Origin: Atractiella rhizophila
Lineage: Eukaryota
NCBI GenBank assembly: GCA_021432655.1
Contig: MU271419.1
Span: 1 to 37,289, forward strand
Direction: 5' to 3'
DNA: 37,289 nt
Shown here: in pieces, positions 12,111 through 22,074 of the stretch
Numbering within the stretch: the stretch's first letter is position 1
How the letters are laid out: each line of letters begins with the position of its first letter
Notes under the pieces: model-generated
Seen by the model: the letters and a program-made list of their open reading frames with translations, nothing else
Databases searched by the model: none
Told to the model about the DNA's origin: nothing
Translations under genes and position numbers: made by a program

Positions 12111-12880
12111 TGTCAGGTTTGCATCTTACGCAAAGCGGCACCCGTTCGCCGGATTGCGTCTCCCGTCGTCGCTCTGCGTCTCCCGTCGCCGCTCTGCGTC
12201 TCCCGTCGTCGCTCTGCGTCTCCCGTCGCCGCTCTGCGTCTCCCGTCGTCGCTCTGCGTCTCCCGTCGCCGCTCTGCGTCTCCCGTCGTCGCTCTGCGTC
12301 TCCCGTCGCCGCTCTGCGTCTCCCGTCGTCGCTCTGCGTCTCCCGTCGCCGCTCTGCGTCTCCCGTCGTCGCTCTGCGTCTCCCGTCGCCGCTCTGCGTC
12401 TCCCGTCGTCGCTCTGCGTCTCCCGTCGCCGCTCTGCGTCTCCCGTCGTCGCTCTGCGTCTCCCGTCGCCGCTCTGCGTCTCCCGTCGTCGCTCTGCGTC
12501 TCCCGTCGCCGCTCTGCGTCTCCCGTCGTCGCTCTGCGTTGTCTCCCGTGCACATCGGCGCCCGGTCGCTAAGTGGTGATGTAGGTGCAAATGGGCGAAC
12601 AGGCCCAATTGTGTCTATCCTCCTCTTATTAACTCCGTGTAATCCCACTGTCACTTCCCCTTTTAGTTCTCTTACATGTTTCATCTGCTCTCCTCTACGC
12701 TCTGTGGCAGTGTTATTCCGCTTGAACATATAGATCAGAGAGTAGTGGAGGTGACCTTAGAGTATTTTCTTAGGTTTATCTCCACTACAGGTTAGTCTTC
12801 ATGTCATATCATGCGCTTAAGTTTATCTCCACTACAGACGCATCGCCCGTCGCCGACCGCACATAGTGTCAGCCCTAACA
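12111..12880 (+). repeat. 5' LTR (type 1, 770 bp including minisatellite)
   Basis: TGTCAGG...CCCTAACA. The last ~150 bp are similar to the 3' LTR, but the U3 region is different. Confidence 0.9.
12161..12540 (+). repeat. Minisatellite: 19 x 20-bp TCCCGTCGYCGCTCTGCGTC with strict T/C alternation (40-bp higher-order unit)
   Basis: Read directly. Units are contiguous with no spacers. Confidence 0.98.
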
Positions 12881-12882
12881 GA

Positions 12883-12892
12883 AGAATACTCT
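12883..12892 (+). promoter_or_regulatory. Putative self-priming primer-binding site AGAATACTCT
   Basis: Lies 2 nt after the 5' LTR and does not have the TGG start of a tRNA-type PBS. It is complementary to AGAGTATTCT in the LTR (20936-20945; AGAGTATTTT at 12759-12768), ~34 nt downstream of the TATA-like motif. Confidence 0.7.
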
Positions 12893-12923
12893 CTCCACCT
12901 TTCAGAACAGCAAAACTTAAAAA

Positions 12924-14234
12924 ATGTCGGAGGTTTGGGGAGATATGGAACCGTGCGAATCGCCGACGAGCGAAGAACGCATCCATCACTTAGAAAGGAT
13001 GTTCCAAACTCTACACCTCACAACCAAAAAACAGTTCAAAAAACTCGAACAAGACCCTCATAACAAGTTTCAACCAACAAAATGCGCAAGCCTCCCAGAA
13101 CGCGAACGAAATTACACAACTGAGGTCCGACGTCCAAAACACAAATGACCGAATTTTACAACTGCTAGAATCCAGACTACCTCCTCCTAGAGACAGTGGC
13201 ACCACTTCCCCCTTTTTATGGCGAACAGACCCATTACCTCAAGCTTACTCTTCTCCCTCTATACCCCAAACTACCCAAGTTGCACCATATGCAGGTATCA
13301 AACTTTCCCCACCTTCAATCTTCAAAGGAGTGCCCAACACAGCTCCGACATTTTTACGCGAAATTTACGTCTACACGTCTACCGTTCTGGGCCAATTCCC
13401 AACTGAAAAATCGAAAATCCTATTTACCCTTTCTTACATGAAAGAAGGGGATGCGGAAAAATTCGCCGCTGGGATTTTGCGCCGACTTGTCAAAAACGAG
13501 GAATAAATTTTGTGGGAACAATTTTTGTCGGAGTTCAAAGCGCGTTTCTGCAAGACAGACCACAAGTTCATTGCACAGACAAAAATATCTTCCCTCCAAC
13601 AAAAGGGGAGCCTAGAAACCTACATCATCAGGTTTGAAGAATTGGCAAATCAAGCTGGCTTTGATGATGAAGCCCTTATTTTTTTCTTCAAACGAGGACT
13701 CAACCCTGCCCTACATCTCAAAGTAACCCAAGGAAAGTTCCCAAAATCGCTGGAAGACTGGAAAGACAAATCTCGGCGAATTGATGCGGAAGAATCTGCT
13801 CACTCAACCTTCTTTCGAATATCCCGTCGGCGAAAGACGGACCCCAAAATACGTTTTCTGCCAAAAGAGACAGCTCAAAATCATCAAAGCACAGAGAGAG
13901 CAGAACACCCGTATCGTATCGACCGAGCGCCACTTTGTCAATGGTCGCCGATCCGTCACCAAACGCCGCTACACACGCTCATAGAGCCAAAGACCCTGAT
14001 GACATGGAAGTCGATGCGACAAAATCTAGACCTCCTCGTTGCAGACGATGTCAAAAGATAGGACACCGGGAAAGAGAGTGTAGAATGACTATGAACAAGG
14101 AGCAATATCTGCGGGCCCAAGGGGAATATTTTGATTCAAAAATGATGCACCAAGGACGACAATTCGAACAATTCGCCGACCAGCCACCGGAAACGAGTGT
14201 TACCCAATCAAAAGATCTTGAGGAGGATTTTTAG
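12924..14234 (+). pseudogene. gag: Gypsy gag (frameshifted, internal stop)
   Basis: WEQFLSEFKARF...LQQKGSLETYIIRFEELA...FFKRGLNPAL capsid motif, DDMEVD, CCHC knuckle CRRCQKIGHREREC. Ends EEDF*. Confidence 0.9.
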
Positions 14235-14278
14235 GATGGCGGTGGGTGGAAGAAGTGTCCCCATCACCGATTTGCAAT
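14225..14278 (+). promoter_or_regulatory. Putative -1 ribosomal frameshift signal (G GAT TTT plus downstream stem-loop)
   Basis: The heptamer at 14225-14231 sits just before the gag TAG. The protease ORF (14246) is in the -1 frame. Stem CGGTGGGTGG / CCATCACCG starts 8 nt downstream. Confidence 0.7.
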
Positions 14279-17200
14279 TCATTTACGTCACATAAAATCA
14301 CTTCCAACAAAATGCCGCCCAGCACAGTATTCCCCCCGGCAGAACAAGACTCCCCATTCCCGAAATTGCATTTTCCCTCCTGGAGACAAAGATGCGCAGA
14401 AGTCGCAAAAATGTACAACAAAGTCCACTTACGCTCGACAACAGCATCTCTTGTCAGTTCGAAGACGAAACTCAGAACCGCATTCCACCATCCACATTCC
14501 CATCGCCGACACGCCACATCGGCGCTCGTCGACAGCGGCGCAACAACTTCTTTTATTTCTCCAAAACTCATTTCTGCATACAATCTACCTGTCACTCAAC
14601 TTCCTTCCCAGTACCTGTTTATAACATCGATGGATCTCTAAATCAAGGAGGATCCATCCATTCTGTCACTTACTTGCCCATTTCGATCGCAGCTCACCAT
14701 GAAGTTTGGCAATTCGCTGTAGCGGAGTTAGGGACCGTCGGCATGATTTTAGGCCACGACTGGCTAAAACACCACAACCCAGAGATCAACTGGGACTCAG
14801 GGAAAGTTGAGTTCTCTCGTTGCCCTACCAGTTGCAATGCAGAAGACGTGTCTACCACTCGCGAACACTTCCCGCCATCATCTACCTCGATACGAGCCGC
14901 CATGACAAAATCGCAGAAACTGGCAAAACACGCAGCGGCAATGAGACCAAAAAACGTCGTCGAAATACCAACGCAAATCGCCGATTTTGCAGACATCTTC
15001 GACGACGAAAAATTCAAAACTTCTCTTCCTCCCCGACGTCCTTGGGACCACGCGATCAACCTCATACCCGAAACACGACCATATGCGGGTCCAGTCTACC
15101 CCTTGAAAAGAGACGAACAAGCGGCGCTCGACCAATTCATTGACACAGAACTAAGCGCCGGCCGTATACGTCCTAGCACAGGTGAACACGGAGCCTCTGT
15201 TTTCTTCACGCACAAAAAAGACTCCTCCGAACTCCGTCCCCTTTTCGATTATCAGAAGCTAAACGAAGCCACAGTCAAAGACAAGACCCCACTCCCCATT
15301 CAAGCTGACCTCTTTTCCATGGTTGCTGGTAAGAAGTTTTTCAGCAAGATTGATCTGAGGAAAGGGTTCAACAACGTTCGTATCAAAGAAGGAGACGAAC
15401 ACAAAGCGGCGTTTCGCACAAATCGAGGACTTTTCGAACCATTGGTAATGTATTTCGGTCTCTGCAACTTGCTGGCGACTTTTCAAGCTTTCCTGAACTC
15501 CATTTTCCGCGCTATGATCGCTGCTGCGTTCATCTTCAGATACATCGACGACATCCTAATTGCGACAGAAACTGAAGAAGAACACTGGGAACGTGTTCGA
15601 CAAGTTTGTCAAATTTTTGCCCGAAAATGAACTTTATGTTAACTTACAGAAATGTGTTTGGTGTCAAAGCGAAGTATAGTATCTAGGATTGATCATTACC
15701 AGCAGGGTGATTGCACCGGATCCAGTAAAAGTTGAAGGGGTGATGCATTGGCCGGAATCGAAAAACATGAAGGAAGTCCAAATGTTCCTCAGTTTCGCTA
15801 ATTTGTATCACCACTTTTGCGACAGATTTAGTCACATCGCAAGACCTTTATATGAACTGACCAAAAAGGAGATTTCCTGGGTCTGGGGGGTAGATGAACG
15901 ACGTTCGTTCACTGCTTTGAAGCAGCTCATGACTTCGGCGCCCGTTTTGGCACATCCCGAACAAATAGGACGATTTTTGCTCGAAGTCGTCGATGCGTCA
16001 AATTTCGCGACAGGCGCTGTTTTGTCGCAAATGAAGCCAGATGGGAAGTTTCATCCTCTCGGTTTCGTGTCAAAATCACTCTACGCTGCCCAGAGGAACT
16101 ACGACACCTACGGCAAAGAAATGCTCGCGATTATGCGTGGACTGCAAGAATGGAGACACCTTCTTCAAGGTACTGATGAGCCATTTCTGATCCTAACCGA
16201 TCACAAAAACCTTGAGTATTTCAGAATACCACAGAAGTTGAATCGCTGACAGGCACGCTGGATCACTGAACTTGCATCCTTCAACTTCACTCTTTTACAC
16301 CGTCCTGGGCGGAACTCCGCAAAACCAGATGTGCTCAGTCGGCGACCGGATCACAAACCGGCGACTTGCGACAACTTCGACGTAGTATTACTCCCAGAAC
16401 GTTTTTTCAACACGGATCGTAGCACCATCAACGCGACTGGAAGCGCAGTTGCGCTCACAAGACAAATGTCGGAGTTGAGTATACTAGAACGCGTGAAAAA
16501 AGTACCCGAAAGGGAAGAACAAGTAGTAAAAGCCTTGAGAGAAACCCAAAACAAACAAGCCAACCAAATCCCCAAACGAAAGGGCAAAAAAGCCAAGGCC
16601 CCGGTCAATTTCCCGGAAAAACCCAAAATCCCCCCCAACAAGAAAATCCCCCCCCCAATTTGCAAAGACCGCAACAATCCCAAAACCGCCGGTCATCCAG
16701 GCGTAAAATCGACGACAGCCCTTGTAAAAAGGTATTACTGGTGGTCAGGTTTGGCACATTACATTCGCCGCTATGTCGGCGCTTGTTACACTTGCCACAG
16801 AACGAAAAACTCTCCTTCCCCACCTGTCTGGTTTTGACAACCAAACGACATTCCCACATGTTGATGGCAAATTGTCAGCATGGACTTGGTTGGACCACTC
16901 CCAGAATCTGGGGGTTCGACACGATTTTCGTCATAGTAGACAGACTCTCAAAACGCACCCATCTTATCCCCACCCATTCGACGATGGATGCAGAAGGCCT
17001 TGCAAGACTTTTTCGCGATCACGTATGGAAACTACATGGACTTTCGATGTCGCAATTTTCGATCAAGGTAAAGAGTTTGTGTCCAAATTCATATCCGCGC
17101 TTTTTCGACTGTTAGGTATCAAAGGTTCACCATCGACAGCCTATCACCCGCAAAGTGATGGTCAGACTGAACGCATGAACCAAGAGGTTGAACAATATTT

Positions 17201-18012
17201 GTGCATTTTCTGCAATCACCTTCAGGATAATTGGATGGAAGGGCTTCCCAACGCAGAATTTGCGCTCAACAATCGTGTCAGTTTGGCGACGGGGCATAAC
17301 TCCATTTTCGCTCGATTGCGATCAACATCCCCGCATGGCCTTTGAACCCATCTCTGACGAAGACGTTCCCGCGGCGGCGTAATTCGTCGAAAAGATGCAA
17401 ATCGCCGACCAGGAAGCACAAGCGGCACTCGAGCAAGCAGCAGATCTCATGGCAAAACATTATGACAGAAAACGCGCACCGGCGCCCGAATATCACGTTG
17501 GTGATTTAGTCTGGTTCAGCGCGAAAAACATCAAATCGACGAGACCTGTCAAAAAGTTGGACGACAAATGGCATGGCCCCTTTCATGGTCTGCAAGTTTT
17601 GGGTCCCCTCAACCTCAAACTTGAATTGCCATCCTCATAGAAGATACATCCAGTGTTCCATGTGAGCCTACTACGAAAAGTCAACAAAGACGACATCCCT
17701 AGCAGAGTCCAGTTACCCAAACCACCTCCGGAATTGGTGAATGGGATTGAAGAATGGGAAGTGGAAAAAATTGTTGATGGGAAATGGTTCGGCATCCGAA
17801 ATAGAGTTTTCAAATATCACGTTCGATATAAAGGGTATTCACCATCTGAGGACGAATAGATCAGCATTGCAGATCTGGAGAATTCCCAAGAGGCCATAAA
17901 AGACTATCACAACGCACACCTCCTTGCAGATAGTCCAGGCTCCATGCCGAACTCTGCAAAAAATCGCCCAAATACGTCATTGGCGAAATCGAGTTCCGAC
18001 TTGGCGACTTAA
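14231..18012 (+). pseudogene. pol: Gypsy pol: protease, RT, RNase H, integrase, chromodomain (disrupted)
   Basis: ALVDSGAT protease; KIDLRKGFNNVRI...MYFGLCN...YIDD RT; DASNFATGAVLSQ...TDHKNL RNase H; GHPG...C..C, VDRLSK and YHPQSDGQTERMN integrase; EWEVEKIV...YHVRYKGY chromodomain. Multiple stops and frameshifts. Confidence 0.95.
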
Positions 18013-18566
18013 AACCTTCGTTGGCTCAGGAGGCCTATGACAATTCCAATTATGACGTGTATTTTGTTTCTTTTTCGAGTAGTAGCAATAGTGAGGAATC
18101 CATCCAGAGCGGCGATTTTGAACTCTGAAATGTATGTTTTGTGTCCCCGTATTATCGGCGAATTGCCGGGCGGCGACAAGCGTAAATCGTGTCATGGTGG
18201 CATAAGGTATTGTGGTGAGTGGGGAGAACATCGGCAAAGTGGGTGGTGCAGGACTCACACTCCCCTGTCTAGGGGAGGACCCTCAGGCGTTCCTCCCACT
18301 AGCTACCCAAGCTTATTATGGAGCTCGCAACCAAATAAGCCTGGGCCACGCGCTCGTGGACACAACGTGCAGTATAACGTGTCGGTAGTTTGCATGCTCG
18401 TCGCCGGTCTGCCTTCTTTGTGTTGTCAAGCGAACAAAGATGGAAAAACAAAAAGATAAAAGGCAAAAATAGAACACTATAAACATCAAAGCCAAAACAG
18501 GGCGTGAGATGAAAGGAAGCTGTTGTTTTGGTGCAATAAGCAACCGTTTTGCGAAAATGGGGTGAG

Positions 18567-18888
18567 TGACTCACCAACAAACCGGTCGCCGCTCTGTCCG
18601 TTGAGGGACAGACCGGCGCCTCGCTTAGACCTATGTTCAACAGCGTGACTAGGGATTCACCCAGCGAGGCGTATAGAGGAGTAGGACCTCTTACAGTGAG
18701 GGGGAGGGGACCTCACGATTGAGGACAATTTTTCGTAAATGCGACATTGGTGATGGTGCGAGAACGCAATGAGTATTCGTCTTTGGCAGGCGATGAATGA
18801 CTCACCACCGACCAAGTCGCCGACTTGTCCGTTGAGGAACAAGTCGGCGCCTTGCCTTGACCTAAGTATCAAAGACTAGGATTTCACT
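18567..18888. repeat. Two ~95-bp diverged direct repeats (offset 231 bp), each with a conserved hairpin and antisense splice signals
   Basis: 18567..18660 versus 18798..18888. Hairpins at 18587-18618 and 18818-18849. On the minus strand each reads TAG|56 nt|GTGAGT. Confidence 0.75.
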
Positions 18889-18931
18889 GGACTTATGCTC
18901 AGCTGGTGATGGGTTAGGTGCCCTACGATGC

Positions 18932-20443
18932 CTAAACAACATCTCGATAGTCAGACGGATCGCCGAAAACGGATAGACTCACCCTACCAGTCACATCGGC
19001 TACCACACCTTCCAGCACAGAACCCTCGCTAGCCCCATCCTCCGCAGCACGATCATCCTGCCTCCTTCCATACAATTCCATTTGCAACTCGGCGGCCTTA
19101 AGAGAGTCCGCCGCCGCTTGCGCATTCAACCTGGCGGCTGCGAGCATCGTTTGCACGAAATTCATGCTGAACGCTTCGGAGTACAACCGAGCGGCGCTCA
19201 GCATCGAATGCGCGGGAGAGTCTTCATCGACGTCCGATAAGTTCTCGTAGTTGCTCTCAGCGAAAACCGACGGACGTTTTCTCCCATCACCGATGTGTTT
19301 AGGGTGGAACACAGTCGACATCACGACTAACATCGATAGCTCTCTCAGATATCCCAAAGGCAAAACCTCGCACCTCTTTCACGAACTGTGACAACGCGAA
19401 CAAACCCGACCGAACGCGGTTGCGACATGCCCAGCGGAGAAGTCGCACACCTGAGACTCGTTGTCAGCCTTAGCCTTCTTTTTTGCCGCTTTGACGGGCG
19501 CCGCTCGAATTTTTCCGGTACAATTACTACATCACTGAGTTCCGATGCTCGCTAACGTGGGAAGGATGCGCGCATTCGCCGGAGGAGTCGTGATAACCAA
19601 TTCGAGTTCCAACTCATCCAGATTGATGTTCGCCGCAGCATGAGAATAGGCCTCGCGAGTACCTGGCCAGAAGTAACAATATTTCGTCGCATCCAATTCC
19701 TTGTCACCGATTCGCACTTTTCCGTCGCGCACTACGAATTCGGCGACCGGTGCACCGGCGAACGGATTTCGATCCACCAACGCTGCAGGCAAAATGAAAG
19801 TGGTCGCAGTAACCAAGTGGTCAGACAGGGTCCTCACGACCCCGACCTCGGATCCCTTCGCCGCCGAAATCGACTTTTGAGCGCGCAAATTTTCCTCCGC
19901 CGCTCGACGTTTATTTTCAAGCGCCGCCCGTTTTCGTTCCTCTTCTTCCTTAGCCAAGCTTTTTTCGTGTCAGACAAGAAGAGCTCTCGTTCTTTCCTTC
20001 GCAAAATCGGGTCGCCATTCGCTGATTCGGAAGGCTGAAACCCGAATTTCACCGCTTCCTCCTCGACGAGCACCGCTTGTTCGACCCAAAGCCGGAGTTC
20101 ATCCCGCAATGCCTGCAAGGCTTCCACAGGCATCCGCAGCGGAAACGACAGAACCCGCCCATCACCAAACCCTTTTGCGGCCTCATAAGCCATTCGCACC
20201 TTCCCACCGGCGACGGGTTACCACACACGCCCAACCACAATACGAGACAAGAAAGCTCACCTCTGCTTGCACCTCATCGCAAAATTTGACATACAGAGGA
20301 TAGCACCTTTTCCCCCACTGCAACACATCGGCGAATCGCCCAAAGTTCACCTCCTTCGCTTTCTCCACGTCCCAATAAACGGTGCTCTCCTTCCTATCCT
20401 TGTTTACCAGAACGAAGTCGAAAAGTTGCGCGTCGGTCGACAT
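18932..20443 (-). pseudogene. Extra antisense, intron-containing gene carried inside the gypsy element (coiled-coil plus C-x2-C-x6-C motif), decayed
   Basis: ATG at 20443 (MSTDAQLF). Intron 20260..20200 (GTGAGC...AG) joins ORF 20183..20548 in frame to ORF 19834..20199. A frameshift in an A-run near 19960 leads into KEEEERKRAALENKRR. CSRCHSS*KRC near 19370-19405 continues into ORF 18932..19363. Confidence 0.65.
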
Positions 20444-20561
20444 TTTTGCAAGAATAGAAGGGGAGAGTGATGGTGGTAGAACTAGAAAAACTTTTTCGCC
20501 CAAGCTAGCTGCAAACCTTAACCTTAAAATTCCGTGACTCACATACACTAGTCAGAAATTT

Positions 20562-20569
20562 GGGGGTGT
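20562..20569 (+). promoter_or_regulatory. Polypurine-tract-like GGGGGTGT before the gypsy 3' LTR
   Basis: G-run immediately upstream of TGTCAGG at 20570. Confidence 0.55.
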
Positions 20570-21059
20570 TGTCAGGCTTGCCCCTATGCATTACCGAAAT
20601 GCACCATTTGAAGTCACGTGACCTACTTTATCACGTCATGGGATCACATGCCTACCCATCGCCGCTTTGCTCACGTTCGTACTGACCGCCGCCTTCCCCC
20701 GTCTCACACGAATCGCCGCTCAGCAAACCTTATACATTTCGCCGGTCTGCACCATCTCCATTATTGCCTTATTATCCTTTCTCACTTGTACTGCTCAGTA
20801 TGTCTTATTTCCAAGTATTCCCTTTATTGGTTTCCTGATCTAGCTATCTTACATGTTTCAAGAAACGTATGTTACACTTTATGGCAGTGCCTTTACATAT
20901 GTATATATACATCGAGATGTAGTGGTGGTGACCTCAGAGTATTCTCTTAGGTTTACCTCCACTACAGGTTAGTTTTCTCATGCCATACTATTCTCTTAGG
21001 TTTACCTCTACTACAGACGCGTCGCCCATCGGCGACTGCACATAGTGTTTGCCCTAACA
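20570..21059 (+). repeat. 3' LTR (type 2, 490 bp)
   Basis: TGTCAGGC...CCCTAACA. Colinear with solo LTR 10428..10916. TATATATA at ~20902. Confidence 0.93.
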
Positions 21060-21120
21060 TCTACCATATTCCAGAGTAATGTTCTAGGCTGTTCTAAGAG
21101 GTTCCAGAAGGTTCCAGTAT

Positions 21121-21377
21121 CCTATACTCTAAGATTCATCAGTTCTTGGCATGAGTCATAAGACGCACTTTTGAGCCCTCACACCTCCCTCACCATACAC
21201 AATAGAATGAAATGTATTATACCGTCATATCCCATATGCTTGCCCCTTTCTGAACCGGCAAGGAAATTTTATTCTGAACGGGTTGAAAAATGTGTTTTGT
21301 ACTAGACTCGAACCCTTACAAGCGTCACAGTAGTGTTCAAGGGGCCATGCCCCTTGCGAGTGGGTTGGGGGCCTGAG
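21121..21377 (-). repeat. Dispersed repeat, copy 2 (inverted partner of 8803..9058)
   Basis: Reverse-complement match to 8803..9058. Confidence 0.85.
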
Positions 21378-21447
21378 AGACGAAGGCCGATGACACACTT
21401 GTCTCCTATAATGTGTGTGGCCTAACCATTACACTTTTGTGGGGTTA

Positions 21448-22066
21448 CTAGCACCAACAAGAGCTACTGTAGAACAGGCAGTCAGTAGTGTCTTTCCAGG
21501 ACATGACATTGATGAGGTAGGCCCATTCTCTGGTGAGTTTGTCGTAGGTGTAGATTCGAGTGATTTTGTCGAGGAGGCCTGATCTGAGGACGCAGCACCA
21601 CATGTTGATGGCTTGCGATATGAGTTGTGGACAGAATTTCAAGGTTTGCAGAATGCTGGTCCTGCGAGCCACAAAGATTAGGATGTGTTCCACTTGACGT
21701 GGAGTAGAGAATAAACATTGTCTGAAAAACTTGCAGGTGTCCATAGGGGTAGAGAGAATGTACACGAACTTGTAAGGTAGATAGAGAAGTACGACATCCA
21801 CAAAGTCCCTTCTGATTCAGACTGGAGAAAGGTTTCCAAAGTTTGTCAAAGGTATCGAAGAAATGTGTCGTTTTGACCCCGTTCATATCCACACCATCCC
21901 TTTTCACCGCCTCAATGAGACCTTTGTAGCAAGTGTCCATGAGAGATGTGGGTTCAGAAGAATACGGAATGTTGGCTGAGACTGAAAGTTTGTAGAGAAA
22001 ACGAGTGTGTGGATTGGAAGTTTCCAGAACAAAGAAAGAGAGACCCAAGTTCATGTCTAGCAGGGT
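21448..22066 (-). pseudogene. Unidentified coding relic, possibly TE-derived
   Basis: Two overlapping open frames (21482..22066 and 21448..21801) look like a frameshifted CDS cut by the hAT insertion. No motif recognised. Confidence 0.25.
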
Positions 22067-22074
22067 GTTGCTAC

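Larger units (their letters stand above)
12111..21059 (+). mobile_element. Degenerate Ty3/gypsy chromovirus (Tf1/sushi-like) LTR retrotransposon with non-identical LTRs and an extra antisense gene
   Basis: Order 5' LTR - gag - PR - RT - RNase H - IN - chromodomain - extra region - PPT - 3' LTR. Many stops and frameshifts. Flanks TAGGA/TCTAC give no TSD. Confidence 0.92.

Noticed and set aside
12161..12540. CRISPR-like array, and the six repetitive ORFs over it
   Set aside because: Units are contiguous with no unique spacers and no cas genes, in a eukaryotic LTR context. The ORFs arise because the repeat lacks stop codons.
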